Positions 13,566-25,262 of a stretch of 64,000 nt of DNA are shown piece after piece. Source of the stretch: Nitrososphaerales archaeon (GTDB lineage Archaea > Thermoproteota > Nitrososphaeria > Nitrososphaerales > UBA213). Position numbers and translations under genes: made by a program. The stretch spans positions 1 to 64,000 of the forward strand of contig CBDAOC010000016.1 of the NCBI GenBank assembly GCA_965197925.1. The letters run 5' to 3'. How positions within the stretch are numbered: position 1 is the first letter of the stretch; every line of letters starts with the position of its first letter. The notes beneath the pieces are model-generated. The model saw only the letters and a program-made list of their open reading frames with translations. It had not been told where the DNA came from and did no database searches.

Positions 13566-13924
13566 ATGCTACGACTAGTCAACCACCTACTGCCATTGTT
13601 AGCATTTGCAATGGCAGTATACAGTCTGGTAATACAAGATCGAGAACAAGCACAAAACATTAACATACTTGTATGCTTTATAATGATACTATACTTGCTC
13701 TTGAGAAATTACACACCACCTTGGAGGCCACGCCATTAATTCTTGGAAACTAGCATTTCGATGGCCTAGTGACAACTCGTGTCATGCTATATGGCACACT
13801 ACAATCGAGGCAGAAACATTCGATGAAGTTCTAAGCGCAGCCATCGAAATGCGTGACAAATTCAGAGGTAAAACCAACCCAGGAGTTGACATATCCATCA
13901 TTATGTTACTCAAGGAATCAGTAA

Positions 13925-14398
13925 ATGCCACCTAACCCTAACCTGGACATAATTGCTACATTGAACAGAATGATAGCAGCATATGAAATAATGGACAGAG
14001 AAATTTACAAACCGCTAGCATCTGTTGTCCATGCTCATGCACCAGAAAAAGGAATCACCGAATTTAATATTATAGGCCTTTGGTTCATTGCTGAACACCA
14101 AACCCAAAACAATGTAACCATTGATGCTAAAACATACATGGCAAAAGCTAGAGACCCTATGTGTGAAGACAATCTATACAACATCATCCTCATACTAAAC
14201 AGTCAATATAGCAGAGCCATGAACCTTGATGGACGATTTAATGTACACCAACGTCAATACGTACTAGATGCATTGCCTAATAACCATACACACATGGTAT
14301 ACAATGCTTGGGACGAATTCGACAAGCACATGCTTGAATTAACCATCGTCCGTAACACTCTACGAAACGCACTCCAACTCGACACTCAACAAAACTAA
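13925..14398 (+). CDS. Hypothetical protein, paralog of 19790-20299
   Basis: Shared YKPLAS, GLWFIA, DGRF and W.EFDKHMLEL motifs. Confidence 0.8.
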   Translation: MPPNPNLDIIATLNRMIAAYEIMDREIYKPLASVVHAHAPEKGITEFNIIGLWFIAEHQTQNNVTIDAKTYMAKARDPMCEDNLYNIILILNSQYSRAMNLDGRFNVHQRQYVLDALPNNHTHMVYNAWDEFDKHMLELTIVRNTLRNALQLDTQQN

Positions 14399-14739
14399 GG
14401 AGATCAACACCAAATGTTTAACGTATTCTTCAACACCGTAGTAGACCTGTTCCTCTCACCTCTTTCCGCCCTCGACATGTATGAGCGCACGAATCCCGCA
14501 GAAGCCCGCCGCCTCATGCTGGTCATCTCCTCTTTCTCCGCGTAACCCCTCTCGTCAGGACCCTTGGTTTTCCGCCGGGGTCCTGATTGGGATTCCCCTT
14601 AACAACAGGAGTACGGAAAATAGGAGTAGGATAGAAAAAGGGAGACGGACTAAGAATAAGATTCCTTATAATAAGGAGAGGCTGTGGATAAAAGTAGTCC
14701 TAACTCCGTAGCCCATGACTCCCCAGCAATGCCTCAAAC

Positions 14740-15401
14740 ATGCACCTACTACGCAAACTTTTGAACATAAGAACACTGAACATAGGACAGTTCGCCACAC
14801 TAAGTACATTAGATAGAATATGCTTAGGTGAATCAACATATGTAAAGAACAAACTACCACGATATCTACTAGATATTAGACTTACATTACTAATAATACA
14901 ACTACGCCTAAACCCAAACGACCTTAATGTTCCATAACAAATGAACCGTTTACCGAGCCCAAATGACACACAATTCTATATACTACGCACAATATGTGAT
15001 GCAGGATATAAAGGAACTTCAATAAATGCAGCAGTACACCTATTGCTCAATTTTAGAACCCTAATAAGATCATTAAACAAGAACAGATAAATGCTACCAC
15101 AATTACTTACTCTGCAAAAAATATGTAATGGCAAATACAGAGATCTACATACATCAATAACAGCATATCTACTAAGCCTCTGTACACACATAGTGCGACA
15201 CCATCACAAATAATGTATAAATATTCACTTGGTGGAAAGAAACTAACAGATCATAGAATATCACAATACATAAACATATTATCAGCTATATGTCACCACG
15301 AAACAAATTGCTTTGATGTACCATTAGCTCTACTAATGTTACAAACAATCATGCCAAAGATATTAATATATGCCACAAACATTCCGACACAATCCAGATA
15401 A
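14740..15401 (+). CDS. Tandem mini-proteins of the LxxIC...LL family (14740-14937, 14941-15090, 15091-15213, 15213-15401)
   Basis: Four abutting 40-65 aa ORFs, each with LxxIC followed by a downstream LL helix. Confidence 0.6.
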
Positions 15402-16004
15402 AATTGCATGTCCAGGAGATAACGATGAATATGCAGCAACCATATTCAAAGAAAGCAAATACACCATACTAATAAAACGTCTTCTAATGTCAGGGGCCGT
15501 AACCGTAGCTGTCGCCGTTGTACTAAATGTACTATTGAGCGACAAAATTTTATTTGCAGTCGTTCTAATAGGACTCTTCATAATAGGAATCACATTATTC
15601 TATGCCCTATTAAATGCCATACTCGATCAAAGTCACCATACTAAAATGTGGGAAGAGCATCGAGACCTGAAGAGTTACAGCGATCGTTATCCAACACGTA
15701 TACACACTCACCAACTATAAGGAGAAAGTATGAGGTAATAAATGACCAAAAAGGACAAACAGACAATTAAACATATAGAAGAACTGCCATACTATGCGCG
15801 GTTAGCCACAATGATATTAGCTATGGGATTACTACCATTTCTCTTGCTAATACAAATACTATTCATACTACTTCAAGTACTACTCCAAATATTAGTACTT
15901 CCATTGATACTCACAGTATCAATAGGACAAGTATTATGGATAACCATAGACACATTAATGGTAAAACCAATCAACAAACTACTATTTAGGAGAACCAACA
16001 ACAA

Positions 16005-16493
16005 ATGACTACCATCCCTTTCACCAACGCCCAGAACGTAGCCCAGACCCAGGATTTCGCCGGACGCTTCGTGCAGCCCGTAAACTCCGATGACCGCGAG
16101 TATGACTGCAACCAATGCGCCATGAAGGTACGCGGTGCCGGTACCCTCGCCTTGCACGTCGCCTTGCGCCACGGCCGTCAGTTCTATCAGGACTGGGTCA
16201 CCAAGACCTTCAACGCCATTCAGATTGGAATCCAGAATCAGCGTGGTGAACAGCTGAAGTTTGAATGCGCGTGCCCTGTAGACGGTTGCACCCAACCCGT
16301 AGGTGCCGACCAGCAGTTACAGGACTTCCACTTGATGTACTCCCACGCTCGTGACGCTGATCCCCAGCCGTACGTTGACGCCTACAATCGTCAGCGCACC
16401 TTGTGGGAACAGGCCTACCGTGACGTCCGTGGTTGGACTCAGCAGGACAATGCCAGGATGAACCAGCCAAACGCGATGAATGGCCCGTTCTAA
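16005..16493 (+). CDS. Zinc-finger (C2H2-like) protein
   Basis: CNQC..LALHVALRH and CPVDGC..FHLMYSH. Confidence 0.6.
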   Translation: MTTIPFTNAQNVAQTQDFAGRFVQPVNSDDREYDCNQCAMKVRGAGTLALHVALRHGRQFYQDWVTKTFNAIQIGIQNQRGEQLKFECACPVDGCTQPVGADQQLQDFHLMYSHARDADPQPYVDAYNRQRTLWEQAYRDVRGWTQQDNARMNQPNAMNGPF

Positions 16494-16622
16494 GAACCAC
16501 CGTATGAGGCATCCTTGGAAGTTACGGATCCCTTTAGACTCTTAGCCTAGGCAGCCACGAGCTGGCGACGACTAACATAAGACGCATGTCTTACTCTTCT
16601 AAGGACGTTATGCCTTCCTCTG

Positions 16623-16656
16623 TGTAGCCCTATCTTCGGATGGGGCTACATTATGT
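16623..16656 (+). terminator. Probable intrinsic terminator
   Basis: TGTAGCCCTATC-TTCG-GATGGGGCTACA then TTATGTTT. Confidence 0.7.
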
Positions 16657-16672
16657 TTCTCTAAGCGACTCA

Positions 16673-17682
16673 ATGTTAAACAATACCAGCTTGGTATCAC
16701 ATACACTCCTATATGTAAACCTAAAAAATTTATGTAGAGGATACGAAATTTACCATAGAAACTGCACAAGATATCTACTTACCATACATAAATACCTACC
16801 AATAACCATAAACCAAATCCCTGCATGACTAACTACGAAGAAGCAGTAAATGATTACTTATTCCTTAAGATATACAATGACCGACTTTGAATCAGTCGTG
16901 CATCGACACTTAGTATACATATGCACAGATTTTAGAAACACTCCATTGCCACGCATGATAATACCGTGTATATCATTTTTAAGCAAACACCATATATGCC
17001 TACAAGACATATTCAACAAACAGAAATAATCTTAACTATGACTAACTATGAATGTTTACGACTATACCAAAGCCTAACTGCAATATGCAACCACAAAACA
17101 CCTTATAATGGACCATATTTCAGAGCTTCCGTATGGTTATTAAGAGTGCACGAACTAATAACCAAGTTTTTCAATGCAACACTATTCCAACTATATAATA
17201 AGACCTAAATCTGATGAACCGGTATTCACAGATAAATTAGTAGTAACAAATCTAAAAATAATATGTAACATAAGAGCCACATTCCAAAAAACAACATACA
17301 TATATCCATGCATACAGTACCTAAACATAGTACATACATCACTACCAAAAATATATCAACACTGTATCAATGGTACTATCCCACTATAATGTAGTCATAT
17401 TTAATTATGAATGGCTACAGTACATATGCACTACTACAAACCGAGCAGGGGCAGCACCAAACATGCTAGTCCGTTTACATTACAACATACCTAAGATGTA
17501 CCAATACTATCAAAAATATATCAACAACTCTAAATAACTCATTCAATAACGCACGGATAAAAATACTAAATAACATTTGCAAATATCATTTAGTTAACCC
17601 AGCTTCAACAACATTATTGCAAATACACAAGCATATAATACAAATGGACACTTACAACCAAACATATCATGTTACAAAATAA
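16673..17682 (+). CDS. Second tandem array of LxxIC mini-proteins (about 6 ORFs)
   Basis: LKNLC, LVYIC, LTAIC, LKIIC, LQYIC and LNNIC in successive short ORFs. Confidence 0.55.
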
Positions 17683-18127
17683 TACAAAAGAAACCATATC
17701 TCCAGAAGTACATACAGCACTCAACCGCGCCGTAGAAATTGCCAAAGAAGATAAATGCAATTATATTGGCTGTGGACATATACTACTAGGTCTCTTATAC
17801 GATAAGAACGATGTAGTATATAAAGCTTTAAACACACTAGACTTTGATCTAAATGATGAAATCAAACAATTACACGCAGCCATACTACCCCTCGAAGGGA
17901 CACCTATCTCAGAACAAATTGATTTAACACAATCTGGCAGAGAAGCCATAAAATTAATGGTAAGCCATGCTAGAAGAAGAGGACAACGCACTATAAAAAC
18001 CCCATCGCTTTTCATAGGTGCAATAACCTCACCATTCATGACCGCAGCAACCGCATTCGCAGACACCAATGAAATCACCCCAGAAGTATTCACGACTGCC
18101 CTGCACACCCTATTAAACGGAGAATAG
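17669..18127 (+). CDS. Stand-alone Clp N-terminal (Clp_N repeat) domain protein
   Basis: ALNRAVEIAK..YIGCGHILLGLL and a second repeat ARRRGQRTI....LFIG. Confidence 0.8.
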   Translation: MLQNNTKETISPEVHTALNRAVEIAKEDKCNYIGCGHILLGLLYDKNDVVYKALNTLDFDLNDEIKQLHAAILPLEGTPISEQIDLTQSGREAIKLMVSHARRRGQRTIKTPSLFIGAITSPFMTAATAFADTNEITPEVFTTALHTLLNGE

Positions 18128-19789
18128 AAGCTACTACTCATGACTTTTAACAACATACTCAAAACCGTAGCGAATGACGCCATTCATTACAGCGACGCTA
18201 CCACTCTCGCACATATAGCTTCCATAGTGGCAGAAAAGAACAAACGAAAGAACCCCAAATGGATTGATGCTGATTTAGTTTCAATGTATAAAGCACTAGA
18301 ACCAACTTACTATCACGGGCCTAGAGAACAACTTGTTGCAGAACTCTACCGAACATCACCAACCCCCTCCACATCCGTTTAAACCATATTTACTGGGTGT
18401 AAATTTAGCCATAGTTGACGAACACTTATTAGGAATACAAAAACCTGCTAACAGAACAACAAACTTAATACGAATACTACTTATGACACAGTACAGGATA
18501 GACAACCATGTTAGATACCAAGAATATTTCAACAAACGAGATACAAATAAAAGGCTTTAAGAAAGGTTCGCCTTACTTTGTAGCTAAACTCTTGGACAAA
18601 GACACCAATCAACAATTAAATGCAGCAAACTGTAAAATAGACTTCAGCTACAATGAAGTTACCGTTACAGATCTAGAAGGTAACACTGACACCGTATTTG
18701 TAACTTACAATATGGAAAAAGATCTACACCGCCTTCTCGAAGGATGGATACCATAATGTCATCACTAGAATGGAACCGAAATAGCAAAGGAAACTTAGTA
18801 GCTCGTAGAGATATAGAAAATAACGAGTTGTTCATTGCATTTATAGCTTTTCACGAAGAACAACCTTGTCCAAACCTGACCATAGACATTAAACGAGCAG
18901 GTACCTCACTGTATAAAAAGGAATTTAAGCAGCACAGTGAAGCCGGGGCTAAAGAATCTGCCGAATTACTATACACCGCATTTTCCATCTTCTTTGCCGA
19001 AAAGACCAAAGAAAATTCAAACGGCATATACTTAGAAAATCCAGAAATTGTACGTGCCGTACAAAAAGAGCTAGCATCGAAAAATGGATAACAAACTCGC
19101 TCTAGAATACCGAAAAGTAAACACCGCATACAATGAATGGATACAAAAGACGCATCGTGCCCATGAAACCGTAAGAAGTCATCAAATAGACACCGATGCT
19201 TTAGAAGAAAAACAAGGCATAGCCAAAATTCAATTAGATCAAATCGCTCTTGCATGTATAAACAACAAGAACAACATCGCAAAAGCTGCCCATACCATCA
19301 ACACGATTGTATTTGATATCCGACAAACCGCAAAAGCATACACCTACGATCCATACTTTGATGAGGAATCATACACGTTCCAAGATGGAACCGTTCTAAA
19401 TCACATGCAGAACCAATGGTACTAACATGTACCACTCGCGAACACGAAGTATATACACGACGAATACACAATAGCCTAAAAAACGGTAGAATGGCCCGTA
19501 TCTACGGCGGCATATACCATCATCTATCCCTCAATCTTCTCTCCACACACGCTGCCTACCTAATTAAAATAGGTGACCCTGCAGGAGCAATGACACTACA
19601 TGCTCAACCAAACTACGATTACTCGTGGTAATAAAATACGAAGATATAAAATATGTAATAGTCTACACATATATACGTGACGCACTAAATGGACACCTAT
19701 ATAATCTCCAACGTGTAAAGCACTATACATTGGCACACCGATTACTAGACATACACCAATATCACATTAGACCAGGAGAAACCCCACTC

Positions 19790-20299
19790 ATGACCACCGC
19801 TAACACCTTTGCTGAAACCGCTAACGAACAGGCAGAAGCTGAAATTGACGTCGTAGCTATTATGGACAAAATGATCCATACCTACCAGAGCATGAACAGG
19901 CAACTGTACAAGCCCTTGGCATCTACGATCCACAACCACGTACCCTTCAGTGCCCAACTAGGCACGACTGAATTTAGTACTGTAGGGCTGTGGTTCATCG
20001 CCATGTTTGGCACCCAATACGACACGACTATTGATGCTGAAACCTATATGTCCCGAGCCGTAGATCCCGTACTCGGCCATGAATTACACACTATGCTACT
20101 CATTCTCAACAATGAATATGACATTGCCATGCAGTTTGATGGACGATTCGAAACTGAACAACGCAAAGCTGTCAAGACTCAATTGATTGAAAAGTTTGCA
20201 CACTCGGTCTACAACGATTGGAACGAATTTGACAAGCACATGCTTGAACTAATCAACATTCGCAACGTCTTTGACGAAGCTCTCACTAGCAAAGTATAA
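19790..20299 (+). CDS. Hypothetical protein, paralog of 13925-14398
   Basis: AGGAG RBS before ATG 19790; shared motifs with 13925. Confidence 0.8.
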   Translation: MTTANTFAETANEQAEAEIDVVAIMDKMIHTYQSMNRQLYKPLASTIHNHVPFSAQLGTTEFSTVGLWFIAMFGTQYDTTIDAETYMSRAVDPVLGHELHTMLLILNNEYDIAMQFDGRFETEQRKAVKTQLIEKFAHSVYNDWNEFDKHMLELINIRNVFDEALTSKV

Positions 20300-20301
20300 A
20301 C

Positions 20302-20772
20302 ATGCCTAACTGGTGCGAAAACACTCTACATATAAGAGGCTCTTTAGAAGACATTTATTCATTCACGGACAAAGCTTATGAAGAAAATACCAATGAAGAT
20401 TTCTCACTGAATAATTTTATCCCTATGCCAGAAGAACTACGTAACACCAGTTATCCTAATCGAGATGTAAAGCTGGCTACTACTTTAAAGTTAAAATACG
20501 GAGCAACAAACTGGTATGATTGGACAACCGAAAATTGGGGCACCAAATGGGATGTAACAAGTGCAACATTGGTAAAAACCAATGACAAACACGCTATGTA
20601 CATATTCCAAACCGCTTGGTGTCCATGGAAAGATGAAGTAACTCGTCTAATCTCAGAACAATTTCCCAGATTAAACTTCCGCTTGGAGTACTACGAACCA
20701 GGAATGCGGTACTCAGGTGTATGTGAAGCAAACGCTGGAAAAATACTCGAATCACACTCCAAGGACTACTAA
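20302..20772 (+). CDS. DUF1281/YubB-like ferredoxin-fold protein
   Basis: MPNWCEN, WYDW...NWGTKW, FQTAW and YYEPG motifs. Confidence 0.75.
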   Translation: MPNWCENTLHIRGSLEDIYSFTDKAYEENTNEDFSLNNFIPMPEELRNTSYPNRDVKLATTLKLKYGATNWYDWTTENWGTKWDVTSATLVKTNDKHAMYIFQTAWCPWKDEVTRLISEQFPRLNFRLEYYEPGMRYSGVCEANAGKILESHSKDY

Positions 20773-21956
20773 TCATACAAACCATAGCACAGAAACTAGA
20801 TCGGGGAGTACAACAGGTACTCCCCGCCGATAACATGAGCCTATCTGCTGCCCTAGCAGACACGGACAGACCACAACGAATAAAGATGGGCTTTGATCCT
20901 ACACGCCCTGATCTACATCTAGGACATTACGTAGGATTGCGTAAACTAAAACAGCTTCAAGAACATAATCACGAAGTAATTATAATTATTGGTGATTACA
21001 CTGCGAGCATAGGTGACCCATCTGGAAGAGACTCTACTCGTCCGCCTCTTACTACAGAAGAGATAACATATAACACAACCACCTATTTAGACCAGTTATT
21101 CAGAGTACTAGACCCAGAAAAGACTGACGTCCGTCACCAAAGTGAATGGTATAGTAAACTAGGACTAAATGGCCTACTTACTATCGCAAAAACGATTTCC
21201 GTAAACCAATTACTACATCGTGAAGATTTCCGTAATCGGTACAATTCAGGTAATTCAATCTCCATGACGGAAATGTTATACCCAATTCTGCAAGGCTATG
21301 ACTCAGTAGCCATACACGCAGATATAGAGATGGGCGGAACTGATCAAATGTTCAACCTATTAATGGGTAGAGAGATACAGAGAGCCCATAACCAAAAACA
21401 ACAAGTATGTGTAACAATGCCGCTTCTAGTTGGTATAGATGGCGTACGCAAAATGAGTAAAAGCTACGACAACTATATAGCATTAACTGGTGATCCATAT
21501 GAAATGTACCGCAAGATAATGCAGATACCAGATGAACAATTACCTACCTGGTTTGATCTATTCACAAATATCCCATTAACCTGGTATAACAACGAAGACC
21601 CCGGCCCATTACAATGTAAGAAAATACTTGCACATGCAATTACTGCCGATCTACACGGATTATCTGCTTCTGTAAAAGCTGCCCAACGTTGGGTTCATGA
21701 AGTCAGCGAAAAGACAGCTATAACTCCAACTCATTTCATATCTCTAGAAACAATACAAGATAAAGGAATTGATATTGCTCTTATTTTAGCAGACGCTGTT
21801 CCTAGCAAAACTTCATATAAACACCTACTAAAAAATTCAGCAATAAAAGTAATAACACACGACTCAATAGTACCCTTACAAAACCACACAGGAGCCTACC
21901 ACGAAAACGATGTGATCAAAGTAGGTAAACACCGTTACGTTAAAGTATTAGCATAA
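20772..21956 (+). CDS. tyrS: Tyrosyl-tRNA synthetase
   Basis: GFDPT, HLGH (HIGH), IGDPSG, YPILQGYDS, GGTDQ and KMSKS motifs plus a C-terminal S4-like VGK. Homologous RGVQQVLP lies in frame upstream of the called Met (20835), so the start is uncertain. Confidence 0.95.
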   Translation: MIQTIAQKLDRGVQQVLPADNMSLSAALADTDRPQRIKMGFDPTRPDLHLGHYVGLRKLKQLQEHNHEVIIIIGDYTASIGDPSGRDSTRPPLTTEEITYNTTTYLDQLFRVLDPEKTDVRHQSEWYSKLGLNGLLTIAKTISVNQLLHREDFRNRYNSGNSISMTEMLYPILQGYDSVAIHADIEMGGTDQMFNLLMGREIQRAHNQKQQVCVTMPLLVGIDGVRKMSKSYDNYIALTGDPYEMYRKIMQIPDEQLPTWFDLFTNIPLTWYNNEDPGPLQCKKILAHAITADLHGLSASVKAAQRWVHEVSEKTAITPTHFISLETIQDKGIDIALILADAVPSKTSYKHLLKNSAIKVITHDSIVPLQNHTGAYHENDVIKVGKHRYVKVLA

Positions 21957-22549
21957 TGCCATCTCAATTCACAATAACCTACGAACCACAACCCGAAGAT
22001 CTAGCTATGGCAGAACATTGGAAAAAGTATAGTAAGGAATATTATCTAGAAGAAGCAATAGAAGGCAATCTAGGCATCTTCTATGAGGGCAAACCTATAC
22101 TAGAAACAATAATTTTTAATTATTTACCAAAAGACCAATGGATAATTACAAACACACCAAAATTAAGAGCATACAGAATAGCACAATGGCTAATAGAAAT
22201 ATCTTGGCGACTATTCTATGATTCCGAACCCGAACATACCTGTCTAGCAGAACTTGATGACTGGGAAACCACAAATTCATTAAGTAGTTTAGGTGACGGT
22301 ACATACTGGCCCAACCTGACTATATGGAAAAATAACGACGGTATCAACTTACATGTACAACCGTTGTACACAAGAGAAGACGGTTATAATTTCATGGGGT
22401 ATAATCGTCAACCTCATACAATACTAACCATCGAAGAGAACGAATTTATTAACCAAAGACACATGTTAGTAACTAAAGTACTAAAGCAGTGTACAGACCG
22501 TAATTATCCTAAGAATGAACTACAAAACCTGTACAATGAATTATTATAA
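21956..22549 (+). CDS. Hypothetical protein
   Basis: 197-aa ORF translationally coupled to tyrS (TAATG). Confidence 0.7.
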   Translation: MPSQFTITYEPQPEDLAMAEHWKKYSKEYYLEEAIEGNLGIFYEGKPILETIIFNYLPKDQWIITNTPKLRAYRIAQWLIEISWRLFYDSEPEHTCLAELDDWETTNSLSSLGDGTYWPNLTIWKNNDGINLHVQPLYTREDGYNFMGYNRQPHTILTIEENEFINQRHMLVTKVLKQCTDRNYPKNELQNLYNELL

Positions 22550-22744
22550 TGGATAATAACATTTTCGCCCTACTAATATTCATAGGAGCGATGCTTGTCC
22601 CCGCCTTAATAGTCATGACCGCCATGATATGTGACAAGAGATAATGACAGAAATAGCACTATTCATAATTATTGCTATTTTTATAGCACTATGGTTAGCC
22701 GCCGCAACAGCAGCAATTTCAATATTCATTGGAGCTTTCACTAG

Positions 22745-23623
22745 ATGACCCTGCCTACCAAACTAGGAAAAACAAACATAACCTACAGTAATATAGATAC
22801 CTTATTTAATAATGCTACCGGATTCATCAGCAGCTTTGATTACACATGTAATCCCTACAAAGGTTGCAGTTTTGCTTGTTCATATTGTTACGCCAGATAC
22901 TTTGCCATTGATGTAGAGAGAATCAAGAACTGGGGTGATTGGGTTGATGTAAAACGCAACGCCATTGAAATAATCAAAGACATGCCTACCGGTAAACTTG
23001 ATGGCAAAACCATCTACATGAGCAGTGTTACAGATCCTTATCAGCCTATAGAACAAAAACTACAGTTAACACGCTCACTACTGTACTACATGGCACTGCA
23101 TCACAAACCAAAGCTAGTAGTACAAACACGTGGCCCCTTAGTAACACGTGACATAGATATGCTTACTTACATCCAACAAATGGGTGGACAAGTACAAGTA
23201 AATGTCACCATAACCACTGATAATGATGAGTATCGACGAGTATTTGAGCCTAGATGCCCATCTACACCAGCGCGATTAAAAGCAGTAAAAACACTAAATG
23301 ACGCAGGTATACAAACTTGCGTCACTCTAGCTCCACTACTACTACTAGAAAACGTATCAGACTTCACCAAACGTCTAAAAGATACTGGCTGTACTAGATT
23401 CATAACGCAACCCTTCCACATGAACAACTACGGCCAAGAAAAACAAATTCTAATAGCACAAACCAGTGAAGAAGCCGTAAAACTAATGGCTTCATGGCTA
23501 CAAATTAGTGAAAAAGACTTCCCAAAACGTTACAAAGAGGTGTACAATTATTACGAGGGTATACTTCTACAAGAACTACCAAATTTAGGAATAGGTCGAA
23601 ACGGTTTTAAACCACCATTTTAA
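22745..23623 (+). CDS. Radical SAM protein, spore photoproduct lyase-like (SplB/Rv2578c-like)
   Basis: NPYKGCSFACSYCYAR (CxxxCxxC), SSVTDPYQPIE, RDID and FEP motifs. Confidence 0.85.
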   Translation: MTLPTKLGKTNITYSNIDTLFNNATGFISSFDYTCNPYKGCSFACSYCYARYFAIDVERIKNWGDWVDVKRNAIEIIKDMPTGKLDGKTIYMSSVTDPYQPIEQKLQLTRSLLYYMALHHKPKLVVQTRGPLVTRDIDMLTYIQQMGGQVQVNVTITTDNDEYRRVFEPRCPSTPARLKAVKTLNDAGIQTCVTLAPLLLLENVSDFTKRLKDTGCTRFITQPFHMNNYGQEKQILIAQTSEEAVKLMASWLQISEKDFPKRYKEVYNYYEGILLQELPNLGIGRNGFKPPF

Positions 23624-24378
23624 TATGACAATACGAGGAGATATATTCTTTCCTAGCACCAACGACATACGTTGCACACATTGTAGTATGAACATTTCTG
23701 ATCCTACACATAAATGCAGTCACTGTCGAACATACATACATAAGCAATGTGACAAAGATTGCCCATGGAAAGATAAAATTAATGAATAAAATACTAGAAT
23801 GTGCTCGAATGGCATTAGCTATAGCAGCACTACTCGGAATAGCATCAGCAGTACTACTGTTTGCAGTAACAATTCCGTTTTTCATATTTGAAGGCGTCAC
23901 CCTAATGGGAATATTAATAACAGCAGGAATTACAGGATGGATAATATTTGTTATTTCAATCGCTGTTGCCTTCTGTACAACCTACTTCGATTAAAGAGAG
24001 AGAAACCAATGAAACAACGACCATATGTAACTATATGTGGGCACTGTGAGAAACCAGTACACAGAAACGATAAAGAATCATGTGGATACTGCAATTGCAC
24101 TATTCATAGATTCTGTTCCAACTGCAAACATGCTGGCAACTTACCTGGAATAAGAAGTCCAAATATAAAGCCAAAATGGCATTACTCACTGCCCTCTAAC
24201 CCTATCCCACAACCGGTAATTCCACTGCCACCTAACATACCTTGGAAAGAGCAGAGATACCCAGGACCATTTGAATCGCCGTTCAGATGTGACATAAATC
24301 AAAGCAACGGCCCAAACTTAAAATACGAAATATACCACAATCCTAGAGCCGAGTAACATCGGCTCTATCACTCTTCTC

Positions 24379-24453
24379 GCCCCCGTGGTCTAATGGAGAA
24401 GGCACTGGGTTTCTACCCCAGGGACGCGGGTTCAATTCCTGCCGGGGGTACCA
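24379..24453 (+). tRNA. tRNA-Arg(UCU)
   Basis: Cloverleaf; anticodon arm CTGGG-TTTCTAC-CCCAG; ends in CCA. Confidence 0.9.
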
Positions 24454-24772
24454 TTTAAAATATGATTAATATTTTCATACAACGATTGCTACAACTACAG
24501 AAATACTACAATAAAAATGGACTAAATAGATCTTATAGCAAAGATCATAGAGAAGACATATACGGCATAACACAGAGCCAAGTGCAAAAAGCACTCAACT
24601 GGAAAAATAAAAAATGACTTCTTTAACAAATGAATATAACACCACGATTGCTAATAATTCATAGATACTACCTAAGAAACATAAAACTAATACCTACGAA
24701 TAATCATAGAAATACCGTATACATAAGAGTACTAGATATACTAAAACAAGACATGCTTAACTTAAAACTGAA

Positions 24773-25143
24773 ATGACAGCATTAATACGAGCAATACTAT
24801 ACTATTCTCTAACTGATAAATTAGCTGAAAGGTACATTAGAAATCTACAACAAGACCTAAACATGATCAAACACCACAAAGAGAACTATACAACAGTAAT
24901 CCCACCAGACAGTGATTATGTTACTAAACACTACAAATATCTAAATAAACAATGAGTGCTTTAGTAAAAGGACTACTGTACTACTATAAAACTTATCAAC
25001 TAGCTGAAGGGTATACTAAAGACCTACAACACGATTTAAATATGATAAGACTCTATGGGCAAGACTTCATACCATACCCACCACCAAACGACTTTTATCC
25101 TACTAGAAATTATCAATATGGAGATAGACAATTACTCGTTTAA
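24773..25143 (+). CDS. Two tandem paralogous about 60-aa proteins
   Basis: M(T/S)AL...LYY..T..LAE.Y...LQ.DLNMI in both 24773-24955 and 24952-25143. Confidence 0.75.
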
Positions 25144-25262
25144 TAACAACATTATTAATTTTCACTAATGATGTACGCATACATAGAAAATATTACGAGA
25201 TTGACCCTAAAATATATAAAAAAACTGTACAAGCAAACTTAGACTTAATCAGAAATAAATCT

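Noticed and set aside
13176..21956. Host assignment (e.g. Chloroflexota) from the GYD protein and TyrRS style
   Set aside because: This is only an impression; it needs phylogenetic analysis that cannot be done here.
24343..24366. TAGAGCCGA hairpin as a twelfth Y-like element
   Set aside because: It is a simple 9-bp hairpin lacking the second stem and the GGTTATT/ACTT elements; more likely a terminator or processing hairpin.
24379..24453. Possible amber suppressor tRNA (CTA in the loop) and stop-codon recoding
   Set aside because: The 5-bp stem fixes the loop as TTTCTAC, giving anticodon UCU (Arg, with A20). Long conserved genes are uninterrupted, and TAG/TGA end genes at sensible places.
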